Counted from the first letter of the whole stretch, positions 1 to 11,915 are shown. The stretch: 63,787 nucleotides of DNA, filler included, from Octopus bimaculoides (GCF_001194135.2; 6 parts of 6 records of this genome joined end to end with filler, not necessarily neighbours in it); one strand, 5' to 3'. The notes: generated from the sequence alone by a model not told the origin. A program made the numbers and translations.

Positions 1-73
<73 letters not shown>

Positions 74-308
74 ACATCCATGCATCCATGCATATATTTA
101 CATACATATGTACATACATGCATACCTATATGTGTGTGCGTGTGTATGTATGTATATATATATAAATGTTTTCGTATGTCTATGCCTATTTATGTGTGTG
201 TTTATGGCTATATATTTCTATGCGCGTGTTTCTGTGGACGTATGTAGAATATTGCAAATGTCAGCTTGACACAAGAACTCCTGGTATTCACTTTCCCCCT
301 TTTCACAG

Positions 309-412
309 GGAATGCCATTAACGGCATCTGCCTTCGTTCTATCGACACAATCTACAGCAGTGTTAATAAATTGGTCATCGATATTTTCATAGAACCCTTT
401 CAACCGTCAAAA
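309..412 (+). CDS. Candidate internal coding exon of an unidentified host gene (strand ambiguous, see findings)
   Basis: Strong acceptor ctttccccttttcacag|G at 308/309 and donor AAA|gtaggg at 412/413. One frame is open: xG-NAINGICLRSIDTIYSSVNKLVIDIFIEPFQPSK. No family recognised with confidence. Confidence 0.4.
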
Positions 413-1157
413 GTAGGGTTTCTTAATAGAGAAAATTGATGTTTAGCAAAGAGGGGGAGAGAAGCGAGAGCGAGAGATCAGGAGAGATAGAAAGAGAGAG
501 AGAGNNNNNNNNNNNNNNNNNNNNNNNNNNNNNNNNNNNNNNNNNNNNNNNNNNNNNNNNNNNNNNNNNNNNNNNNNNNNNNNNNNNNNNNNNNNNNNNN
601 NNNNNNNNNNNNNNNNNNNNNNNNNNNNNNNNNNNNNNNNNNNNNNNNNNNNNNNNNNNNNNNNNNNNNNNNNNNNNNNNNNNNNNNNNNNNNNNNNNNN
701 NNNNNNNNNNNNNNNNNNNNNNNNNNNNNNNNNNNNNNNNNNNNNNNNNNNNNNNNNNNNNNNNNNNNNNNNNNNNNNNNNNNNNNNNNNNNNNNNNNNN
801 NNNNNNNNNNNNNNNNNNNNNNNNNNNNNNNNNNNNNNNNNNNNNNNNNNNNNNNNNNNNNNNNNNNNNNNNNNNNNNNNNNNNNNNNNNNNNNNNNNNN
901 NNNNNNNNNNNNNNNNNNNNNNNNNNNNNNNNNNNNNNNNNNNNNNNNNNNNNNNNNNNNNNNNNNNNNNNNNNNNNNNNNNNNNNNNNNNNNNNNNNNN
1001 GAGGAAGAGGAAGAGGGAGAGAGCGAGAGATAAGGAGAGAAAATGAAAGAAGAGAGAAAGAGAGAACGAAGGAGAAAATGTACAAGTATGTTTATGTGTA
1101 TTTGCTTACGGGTAGACTCTTCCGTATTCGTGGGTGTTAAGTAGGCGAAAAGGAGTC

Positions 1158-1199
<42 letters not shown>

Positions 1200-1625
1200 T
1201 ATGTGTGTGTGTGTGAGAGTGTATGTATATGTATGTATGTATATGTGTGTATATGAGTGTATGTATATGTGTATGTATATATGTGTATATATGTATGTAG
1301 ATGTCTATATATGCATGTGTGTGTGTGTGTGTGTGTGTATGCATCCTTGTGATGTATATGTGCTTATGCGTTTTTGCTCCATGTACGTGTCTTTGAAAAT
1401 ATTTCACGTGTGGGTGTGTATGTGTATAAGAGTGAGAATCCTTATAATGCATGTGCTTATGAGCGTGTGGTGAATGTATGTATGTATGTATGTGCATCTA
1501 CATATATATATATGCGTGTATGTATATGTCTATGTACACACAAACACAAAGACAACTTCAGGTATATTAAAAACCCATGCGGAATAATTTTCATATCTAT
1601 CTATCTATCGATCTGTCTGTCTGTC

Positions 1626-1685
<60 letters not shown>

Positions 1686-2194
1686 NNNNNNNNNNGTATG
1701 TATATATATATGTAATATGTATATATATTTATTTATATATATATGTATATATATGTGAGTGTGTGTGTATATGTACATATATGTATATGTGTGTGTTTGA
1801 GTGTATGTATATGTATGTATATGTGTATATAAATGCATGTATGTATATAGATATGTGTGTGTTTATATGCATGGATACACATACATATGTATATATATAC
1901 ATACATACATACATACATACACATGCATACTTACGGATAATACTATAATATTTATAATACGCAAAAGCACACACACATATATATATCGTAATAAAACAAA
2001 TTAATTTCCCCCACACTATAATAAAAATGTATTTTCAAGTAAAGTATCTTGGCAAAAAAAGATTCATTGAAATTATAATGGATTTATGAATAAGGAGTTC
2101 AATAGAAACGTAATGAATAAATGAAATATGAAAGACAATGATCACTTAATCGAAAGAACATTATAAAATACATTTTAGCCACATCTCACTATAT

Positions 2195-2567
2195 CTAGTC
2201 CAGTGGTTGTCTGCCCTTGGGTAGGTCCTGTGTTTGTGAATGTTTTCCAGCCTGGAGGGCCCGTATTCTCCCTTGTTGCAGTTAAGTAAATTACTGGAAC
2301 TTTGGCTACCGTAACTAGACCTGGAGTGAATGATGGAACGGTTTCCCGTAGCAAGTGGGATTTGAACCTCGGAATGTAAAAATCCGGAAGATACGCCGTG
2401 AAGCATTTCCGCCGACGTGCTAATGATTCGACCATTCTGCCGTCCGCAGAGCAACGTGAAATAAAAGTGTTTTGCTCAAGAGCACAACACGCTGCCCGGT
2501 CCGGGAATCGACCCCGCCGAATGCTAGATCATGAGTGCAACACCCTAACCACTAGGCTACGCGCCTT
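2195..2567 (-). mobile_element. Composite (two tRNA-like heads) SINE with 15-bp TSD
   Basis: Minus strand: a family-D tRNA head (ggcgcgtagcctagtggttagggtgttgcactcatgatc...gtcgattcccggaccggg) is followed by a diverged family-A-like head (atcattagcacgtcggcggaaatgctt...gaggttcaaatccc). Flanked by cacatctcactatat at 2180-2194 and 2568-2582. Confidence 0.75.
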
Positions 2568-3229
2568 CACATCTCACTATATGCACTGTAGAATATATAC
2601 TGACGAGACTGTAATGATGACCAAAATGAATAACCTTTAGAAAATATATATTAGCCATCGTTATATACATTGTAGTTACATACTGACGAGGTAAACATTG
2701 ACCGAACATATGTCCATAATTGTCTTTTACAAACAAAAATCAGTCCTTTTCCTCAAGCATGTAAATTAACTGGAGAAATTAATTATTAATTTCAGGAAAT
2801 TATCTTCGTTTTTATTTTGGACTCGCCATGTATTTCCACATGATATTTTCCTTCTTTTAACTTAGGAAGTTATTTCAATAATATATGAATTTATTGCATA
2901 CAACATCCAATATGTTATCCTTTAACTTAATTATTAAAATTCACGCGATTGCCTCTTTGAGGTATTTCCTTTAGCTCTTTTTTTTTTCTTCTTAGTTTTC
3001 CTTATGAAATTTATTCCGGCAAAAATGTAGATAAAATATCTTATAGATGAAAAACTTTATTCACTGGTCTGCAGGCTCGGTTCGACGTTTCTATGCAGTA
3101 AACGTTTCTATGATGATGAGATGAAAAAAGTACCTGAGTATGGAAATTTATTTGAAAAATTTATTTTTAGTTTCTTTCATTTGTCTTCTTTTCCCTCTGA
3201 GTGTCACTAGAGGCGGACAACTTCTGAAT

Positions 3230-3644
3230 TTATAAGAGCACAATTAAAGAAGTTAAAATGCTATAAAAACCGGGTAGATCTATCGCATAACTGCCATGTT
3301 ATACCTGTGTAAGTTATAAAAACATCGCACTGACAGCTGTCTGATTTATACAAACAACCCACAGATAAACTGCAAAGCTAAAATATATAGCGTAACACAT
3401 AAAATGTATCGAAAAGCAATGTAAAGACAATCTACAGTTATATAGGGGAAAAGGCGCGCAGTCTAGGTGAAAAGACTGCGGAACATGAGCGAGAATACAA
3501 TGGAAAGGAGCAAGCATTAATACTCTAATTAGCATGTCGTCCAGAAACATTAAGGATCACAAATCTCGAAGTAATGTAAGGTTGAAACGACCTAACATTA
3601 AAGCAGGTTACAGAGGCTGTACGAATACAAGAAGTAGACACTAA

Positions 3645-3645
<1 letters not shown>
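3230..3645 (+). mobile_element. Decayed Penelope-like element, Cys-rich linker plus GIY-YIG endonuclease fragment
   Basis: Frameshifted translation ...DSCLIYTNNPQINCKAK...YIGEKARSLGEKTAEHE...LKQVTEAVRI matches the PLE GIY-YIG pattern YIGET.RSL.ER..EH...LRQV.EAV.I. Confidence 0.55.
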
Positions 3646-3696
<51 letters not shown>

Positions 3697-4642
3697 GAAT
3701 GATGCCAACATCAAAATGTTGAAGCCAACATAAGATCACGTGTGTGTGTGAGTGCATGTTTGGTTTAAAGTCATATTGTATTTTTATTTTTGTACTGGGC
3801 TGTAACGATATCTCATTAATCACAGCCCATCACTACAAAAATAAAGATACAATATGACTAAATCCAAATATGTACTCACACATACAGGCGTTGTTGTATT
3901 GGCACCGACACAAGAGAGAGAAAATAAAGAAATAATCAAAAACAAAGGCGAAAACAGAAATAATTACACGACGATGGCTTAGAGATGAAACAGAACAGCA
4001 TAATCCATTTTGAGTATTAATGGAAGAATGACGAAAATGTCCGTGTAAATATGACTAAGTACACGAGGCAACAATCGATGTGTGTGTTTATAGGTTTTAA
4101 TGTCTCTTTCTGAAATACAGTAATATACACGAATACACCCCATATACAAACACACAGTCGCACAGATGAACGGATCAATGGCGACTCCTAAATTCTCTCT
4201 ACTAACCTACATTTTCCCTTTTCATCACGTTGGTTCTAAGACATCTGACGAGTAATACGTACGGACATACGACTATGAAACTTTATCCAAAGCGAGGCTA
4301 AATCAAAATGTCCGTATGTCTTTGTACCTTCAACATCATTTGCCGGGTATCTTTTCTATTTTAATTCGTCTGGACACCTTCTGTATGTGTGTATGTGTCT
4401 TTGTGTATATATATGTGTACACAAAGTGTATATATGTGTATGTATGTATGTATAAATATATATGTGTACACAAACGCTCAAATACACACACACACACACA
4501 CACACACACAAGCATAAAAATCAGAGAGATCCCTGACAAGGAATTGTTATAAACAGCAAAAATATTTACGAACATTTGGAGTTCAAAAATATTGGTTATA
4601 CGTCGTACACTTCAAATACGCAAACGTTATATNNNNNNNNNN

Positions 4643-4693
<51 letters not shown>

Positions 4694-5269
4694 CACGCAC
4701 ACACACACATATATACCCATACATATATGTATACCAACATATGTATATGTTCATATATATACATATGTTTATATATATATATATGCGTCCTTTTGATGTT
4801 TTGTTATTTTTGATTATCGATTTACCTATATGCATATACATACATATACACATATGTGTGTGTGCGCGGGCGTGTGTATGCGTGAGTGTGTGTATGTGTG
4901 TGTGTGTGTGTGTGTGTATAAAAGAATGAATTACAAACCGAATTTAAACAATATCAAATTAGATACTTTGTTTTGAACAACAATCCTTTGTTACCAAAGT
5001 TCAGTGATAATACACACGCCACACACGCAAATAAGAGTCTTTGAGTGTGTGTGTATGCGAGAGAGCGATTGGGTGCATACATGCGTTCGTCTGCCGATGT
5101 TTGAATAACACGCATGCGTCAGTTCGTCTGTACCTATATAAACGTACGTTCCGTAATCACTGACAAAAAAAAAAAAGAGAAAGAAAGAGAGAAGGAAAAG
5201 AACAAAAAAACATAAACACCACCGAGAACTGATTATTCGTCTACATAAACCTGTGTATTTATTTTATAG

Positions 5270-5289
5270 GATAAATTACATATGTGTAG
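5270..5289 (+). CDS. Candidate 20-nt microexon
   Basis: tgtatttattttatag|GATAAATTACATATGTGTAG|gtgaga has consensus-like acceptor and donor. Phase 0 gives DKLHMC+AG, compatible with the 309-412 exon. Confidence 0.3.
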
Positions 5290-5474
5290 GTGAGAATATA
5301 TTATGTTAATGTGAAATATATTGAGAAATGATATGAACGTATATATATATATATTACTAATACACCTTAGGTACAAGATTCAAATACGATTTTTTTCCTT
5401 CTCTTTCCGCTTTTCACACTCATCACAATTAACCTCTCCTCTTTCTCAGCTCTCTCTCTCTCTCTGTCTCGTTC

Positions 5475-5547
<73 letters not shown>

Positions 5548-5776
5548 ATTTCTAGCTCTGTTTCTCTTTCTTCCTCTCAACCACATCACGACTTCCATAC
5601 ACGTACTAACTGACTCCGTTCACATGAAAACAAACAATGCTTGGCATATATTACTAAATGAACGTCAGTCGGTATTTAGAAAATGGAAGATGTAGGTGGA
5701 GAAATATAACAGGAGTGTGCACTCACACACGCACACACACACATACACGCACACACACACATACACGCACACACAA

Positions 5777-5817
<41 letters not shown>

Positions 5818-5949
5818 TACACGCACAGACATAGTCGCATGCACACAAGCAAACGTACACGCACATACATACATACATACATACACTCATATAACACGAG
5901 GCATGTACACAGACGCATGCACACATATTGAGTCAGTGGTAACGACCTG

Positions 5950-6146
5950 GAAGAAGAAGAAGAAGAAGAAGAAGAAGAAGAAGAAGAAGAAGAAGAAGAA
6001 GAAGGAGGAGGAGGAGGAGGAGGTGGTGGAGGAGAAGAAGAAGAAGAAGAAGAAGAAGAAGAAGAAGAAGAAGAAGAAGAAGAAGAAGAAGAAGAAGAAA
6101 AAGACGAAAAAGAAGAAGACGAAAAAGAAGAAGAAGAAGAAGAAGT
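5950..6146. repeat. (GAA)n/(GGA)n compound microsatellite (representative of dozens of TA, CA, GA, TATG, GATA, GAA and ATT arrays throughout the window)
   Basis: Directly visible. Confidence 0.97.
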
Positions 6147-6229
6147 GTATCTCGTATCGGTCTTGTCAACCACATCCTCTTGTCCTCTTGTCAACCACGT
6201 CCTCATAAGAGAAAATGTGCTGGAGATGA

Positions 6230-6669
6230 GATCGATGCAATCATCACCTTTGATTGGCCGCCAGTGACTCCCGAGCCAGACTCCTCGCTATAGAGTCGGG
6301 GATTGAAGTGTTTGTGGGTAAACCTATGATCTCGCGAAATGGCTCTCAGTTTTGTGGGTGAAGAAGATAAGATCCCTAAAAGCATTGCCAGAAGCAACTG
6401 AAAAGAGTTCCAACTAAATCTTGCCAAAGAGCAGTGAAAGTGAACTTTAGAAAGTATAGTTTTCTCTACATACATCTCATGTGTCTTACCGAAGTAGTTA
6501 TAACATCCACGGTATCTTGGCTCTGGGACACCTGACCACCCGGGAAAGTACTGGTTACTGCAGAAGCAGAAGCGTAGATGCTGCAGTAGAGCGGAATATC
6601 TAGGTGTCATAACATGGATGCGGCCCAGCCATCTTAGAGTGTAAGGGGTCAAGGGCCGAAATACTTGCA
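6230..6669 (+). mobile_element. 3' end of a Hero-like (R2 superfamily, RLE) non-LTR retrotransposon
   Basis: Translation LAASDSRARLLAIESGIEVFVGKPMIS...KKIRSLKALPEATEKSSN*I resembles the Hero C-terminus (RARLLAIEVGCRGFVG...EAAEKSS.WIW). It is followed by a 3' UTR ending gagtgtaaggggtcaagggccgaaatac. Confidence 0.6.
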
Positions 6670-6673
6670 TTAA

Positions 6674-6748
6674 CCCTTTGAGCCCTGACATCCTGAACCT
6701 TATTTTATCATTTATCTGGCACTCCACCGGTGTTATGGGCTCAAAGGG
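6674..6748. mobile_element. 75-bp piggyBac-type micro-MITE
   Basis: TTAA (6670-6673) + ccctttgagccc ... gggctcaaaggg + TTAA (6749-6752): perfect 12-bp TIRs starting CCC, with a TTAA duplication. Confidence 0.85.
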
Positions 6749-7018
6749 TTAAGACGGTCGGTGGGGGATGGGGGTGAGGGTAAGCGTGTCTTCTTTGAAG
6801 GATTTTCCTGCTGTTGAGCGCTCTCAAGAATTTAGTGTTAGTCTTTCCATCTGTCTGTCTGTCCGTCTGTTTGTCTGTCTTTTCTTTCTCTCTCTCTTTC
6901 TCTATCTCTCCCCCTCTCTCTGTCTTCCGCTGCGTACTTCAGTCTACCTATTTATATATCTGTCTATCTGTCCGTCTGTCTGTCCGCCCGTCTGTCCGTC
7001 TGTCAGGTTGTTTGTCTA

Positions 7019-7062
<44 letters not shown>

Positions 7063-7101
7063 ACACTTACATTCTTCATATATATACACATGCACAGCAT
7101 T

Positions 7102-7348
7102 ACTCTTTTACTCTTTTATTTGTTTCAGTTATTTGACTGCGGCCATGCTGGAGTACCGCCTTTCTTTAGTCGAGCAAATCAACCCCAGGACTTATTCCTT
7201 GTCAGCCTAGTACCTATTCTATCGGTTTCTTATGCCGAAACTCTAAGTTACGGGGACGTAAACGCACCAGCATCGGTTGTCTAGCGATGTTAGTGGGGGA
7301 AGGGGACAAACACACACATACACACACACACACACACACACATACACA

Positions 7349-7391
<43 letters not shown>

Positions 7392-7568
7392 TTATATATA
7401 TACGACAGGCTTCTTTCAGTTTCCGTTTACCAAATCTACTCACAAGGCTTTGATCGGCCCGAGACTATAGCAGAAGACACTTGCCCAAGGTGCCACACAG
7501 TAGGACTGAACCCGGAACCGTGTGGTTGGTCCGCACGCTACTTACCACACAGTCACCCATGCACCTAT
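7102..7568 (-). mobile_element. tRNA-derived SINE family B (full length, internal CA microsatellite)
   Basis: The reverse complement starts with a tRNA-like head (gtgactgtgtggtaagtag...gggttcagtcc), then ccttgggcaagtgtcttc, and ends in a gaaacaaataaaagagtaaaagag tail. Homologous to the copies at 17257, 24563, 39759 and 57830. Confidence 0.9.
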
Positions 7569-8269
7569 AACCACTCCTGCGTCTATCTTCCTCCAAACTC
7601 CTACATATACGCACATGTAGGAACACACATAATCGTACGTATCGATTTTCATTTTATCAATATCACAACCACAATATCTACATACCATAAATGCTTGTGT
7701 GTAAGCGCGTAACATCAGCAAGTGAAACATTTACGTGCATGAGAGCGCGTATATATATATATATATCGCACTATTGTTGAGTTCGAACATACAACAAGCT
7801 TACATCTCGTGTTTTTTTTTTCTTTAAAACACATGCACAATGTCTATACATCATATGTACTTGTATGTATGTACGTATATATCTGTGCGTAAAGCATTCG
7901 TGTACTACGAGAGCTAGTAGTATATAAAGCGCTATTGTTGAGTTCGAACGTACAACTAGCTTACATCTCTTGCGTTCCTTCTTTAATTAGACATCATAGA
8001 AAACTTCTGGTTCTTTGTTTGCCATTGTCTGCTAACAAAGAAATATTTACTATTGTTATTATTGTTCTTTTATATTTTTCTTTTCTTCTTCGCTACGGAA
8101 AAAAACCCCACAGAAAAAGAAAGAGAGCTAAATCCCTATTGAGAAAAGTGTTTATAATTTCCCTATTTTCTCTTGGACAATACCACAGTTTAAAGTTGGA
8201 AATGAAGGCACTGTCTTTGTGAAACAACAGACATTAGAATTATTGCAATAGTTTCGAGAATAAAAAAAG

Positions 8270-8304
<35 letters not shown>

Positions 8305-9138
8305 GAAGAAGAAAAAATTCCACATTCGCATCATGAAGCAGCGGTACGATGATGATGATGATGATATGAAATAGAACCCCCATCTGTACATTTACGCTTC
8401 TCGCTCTCCCTCCTCCCCTCTCCCTATCCCCCGCCCCATCTCCTCCTTTCTCTGAGCGTGTAAGTATGTATGTATGTATGTATGTATGCATGTATGTATG
8501 TACGGGGGTTGTATGGAAAGTCTTGAGCCTCANNNNNNNNNNNNNNNNNNNNNNNNNNNNNNNNNNNNNNNNNNNNNNNNNNNNNNNNNNNNNNNNNNNN
8601 NNNNNNNNNNNNNNNNNNNNNNNNNNNNNNNNNNNNNNNNNNNNNNNNNNNNNNNNNNNNNNNNNNNNNNNNNNNNNNNNNNNNNNNNNNNNNNNNNNNN
8701 NNNNNNNNNNNNNNNNNNNNNNNNNNNNNNNNNNNNNNNNNNNNNNNNNNNNNNNNNNNNNNNNNNNNNNNNNNNNNNNNNNNNNNNNNNNNNNNNNNNN
8801 NNNNNNNNNNNNNNNNNNNNNNNNNNNNNNNNNNNNNNNNNNNNNNNNNNNNNNNNNNNNNNNNNNNNNNNNNNNNNNNNNNNNNNNNNNNNNNNNNNNN
8901 NNNNNNNNNNNNNNNNNNNNNNNNNNNNNNNNNNNNNNNNNNNNNNNNNNNNNNNNNNNNNNNNNNNNNNNNNNNNNNNNNNNNNNNNNNNNNNNNNNNN
9001 NNNNNNNNNNNNNNNNNNNNNNNNNNNNNNNNNNNNNNNNNNNNNNNNNNNNNNNNNNNNNNNNNNNNNNNNNNNNNNNNNNNNNNNNNNNNNNNNNNNN
9101 NNNNNNNNNNNNNNNNNNNNNNNNNNNNNNNNNNNNNN

Positions 9139-9214
<76 letters not shown>

Positions 9215-9439
9215 AGTGTGTGCGTGTGCGTGTGTGTGTGTATGTGTGAATGTACATGCTGACACATACAGATATTCCCTTACACATACACATACACACA
9301 CACACACACATGCGTGAGTAAATATATGTATATATGCATGCATATATATGTTTATATGTATGTGCATATGAATATAAATGATATATTATAAATGTATATA
9401 TAAACGTGTATATGAGTATACATACGTACTTACGTTGGT

Positions 9440-9636
9440 ACGTACGTACGTATGTACGCATGTACGTACGTATGTACGTACGTATGTACGTACGTATGTA
9501 CGTACGTATGTACGTACGTATGTACGTACGTATGTACGTACGTATGTACGTATGTATGTATGTATATATGTATGTATGTACGTATGTATGTATGTATGTA
9601 TGTACGTATGTATGTATGTATGTATGTATGTATGTA
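9440..9636. repeat. (TACG)n/(TATG)n satellite with 12-nt higher-order unit TGTACGTACGTA
   Basis: Directly visible tandem array. Confidence 0.95.
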
Positions 9637-10148
9637 TATCTGAATGCATATGATTCTTTATGCAGTCTTACTGTTGTCTTTGAATACATATCTAATTAAT
9701 ACTGAATAGAAATCTTCCAAGCTTGTTCAAACCGAATCGTGGTGGCGATGTGAACGGAACAAAGGCACCTAATGAAAACTCCATTTCCCATAAGATTCTT
9801 CCATTTATTTATTTAGGCTGCTAGTTAGCTTAACTTGGTGTCTCCTGATTTTCGAATGTATTTCACATTAAACAGACTGGATCTTCTATTATCCTTTGCA
9901 AGTCGATGTTAAAATAGTAATCTCTGTCGGTAGATAGATTACACGACAATCTCTTTCTCTCTCTCTCTCTCGCTCTCTTACATTGACTTATACATGAAGA
10001 AACGAAGTTGATTAGCGGGTATTACTGTCGTTTCATTCAATGACGCCCTTCTGCTCAGCTACAGTACTTCTGTTACTCGCATTATATTCTCTTCTAATGA
10101 TGAACAACCATACATACTTTACCCAGCTGAAACACTGAAAGTCTAGCT

Positions 10149-10430
10149 CAGAACTTCTCAAACTTTTTGTAGCTATCACCCGCTTTGTTTTACTAATAAT
10201 TTTTAGCACCACCATGCTAAGATTCAGTAAAATTATATAACCATATTTACATATTCATATATGTGTACGTACAAGCCAGAACTTTACTAAATGCTACAAG
10301 TGCAGTGATTGTCTTTATTGGATGTATGGAAATACTCACGTATTTTGGCAATGCCTTTTAAACCATGCTCTAGTTTAGTGTTCATAATTTACATGCACAG
10401 ATGGTATATATTCGGTTTTGCTTATTTAGT
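10149..10430. mobile_element. Possible truncated hAT-type MITE fragment
   Basis: Starts cagaacttctcaaactttttg, similar to CAGTGGTTCTCAAAC hAT/Charlie ends. No matching second TIR found. Confidence 0.3.
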
Positions 10431-10987
10431 TATTCATAATTCGAGTCTGTTATTATCGTCAATGTTGTAATTGTGGTTAACAAATAGTTTATTAAAACAT
10501 TACATTTATTTTATTTTTAAAAAACCAAGAAAAGACGGAAAGAATCGTACAGATTAATCTATCGCTCTTCCCTATCCTTTTTTCAAGGAGTCAAATGAAA
10601 TTTTCCATCGTGCCCAAGTAGTGGTTTAGATTGATGAAAGAATCAGCCGACAAACAAAAGCATGAGAAAGATTAAGGAAATTTGGACAGATTCTGTTGCA
10701 CTCGAACTTCCAGTGCTGTGAAAAATGTATTATACATACAGTTCTATATTTAAAAGATGAGGAATTATGGGCATTATTTACATTATTTACATTCAGCGGA
10801 CAAAATATTGCTGACTATTTCGTCCAGCGCGTTAGTGAATCTACCAGCTCGTTGCCTCAAACCACTATTAAATAAACAAAAAGGCAAAAAAACAAAACAA
10901 AAAAGAAGCAAATTAGCTGCAAGATGGAATTGAACCTGGATATTTTGTTTTTACTTTCAGACTTCACTACCTCAGTTAAACAATATT

Positions 10988-11381
10988 GTTGTTGTTGTTG
11001 TTGGCACTCCGTCGCTTACGACGTCGAGGGTTCCAGTTGTTCCGATCAACTGAACAGCCTGCTCGTGAAATTAACGTGCAAGTGGCTGAGCACTCCACAG
11101 TCACGTGTACCCTTAACGTAGTTCTCGGGGATATTCAGCGTGACACAGTGTGACAAGGCTGACCCTTTGAATTACAGGCACAACAGAAACAGGAAGTAAG
11201 AGTGAGAGAAAGTTGTGGTGGAAGAGTACAGCAGGGTTCGTCACCATCCCCTGCCGGAGCCTCGTGGGGCTTTAGGTGTTTTCGCTCAATAAACCACTCA
11301 CAACGCCCGTTCTGGGAATCGAAACCGCGATCCTACGACCGTGAGTCCACTGCCCTAACCACTGGGCCATTGCGCCTCCAC
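10988..11381 (-). mobile_element. tRNA-derived SINE family C, full length with 11-bp TSD
   Basis: Minus strand begins gtggaggcgcaatggcccagtggttagggcag (A box) with gtttcgattccc (B box) and ends in a (CAA)n tail. TSD taaacaatatt at 10977-10987 and 11382-11392. Confidence 0.92.
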
Positions 11382-11789
11382 TAAACAATATTATATCAAT
11401 ATATTTTCGACTGCTGCTATATCAAGTAGATTCGCAGCTGCAAATACGAAGCTACAGCTTCCGTAACAAACGAACATGAATAACGTTTTGCTATGCAATC
11501 TGAATGTACAACATATTAAAGCTGTGACGCAAACGGCTTCTATAAGTAGTTTATGATCGAATCCATCCAACTTTAATATTCTTCTGCAAAATGTTGCTGT
11601 GCATCTTCAAAGATCCACAGAATCAAATCTACAGTTAGAGATCTGCATTAATCTACACAACAAATGAATACTATAGCTTTGCCGAAGCAATATAGCAAAT
11701 TAATATCAAAAATGGCGCCTGAATGATATTTGAACGACATACAATACAATGCAATACAAATATACATACATACATAGATACACACACAC

Positions 11790-11845
<56 letters not shown>

Positions 11846-11858
11846 ATGTATATGTATA

Positions 11859-11904
<46 letters not shown>

Positions 11905-11915
11905 CATGCACACAC

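Noticed and set aside
423-1715. Long ORFs in the ORF track (poly-X, HT/YI/CV repeats), here and throughout the window
   Set aside because: They are translations of N gaps and of CA/TA/GA/TATG microsatellites, with no coding signal.
4244-4290. CTGACGA...GAAAC hammerhead-like spacing
   Set aside because: No coherent stem II closure, stem III or NUH/stem I.
8130-8250. Protein-like frame PIEKSVYNFPIFSWTIPQFKVGNEGTVFVKQQTLELLQ*
   Set aside because: An in-frame stop lies just upstream with no convincing acceptor, and no homology was recognised.
10988-11381. tRNA genes (A/B boxes here and at 32.2, 48.7 and 7.5 kb)
   Set aside because: The heads continue into SINE bodies with tails and TSDs, and no complete cloverleaf with a terminator is present.
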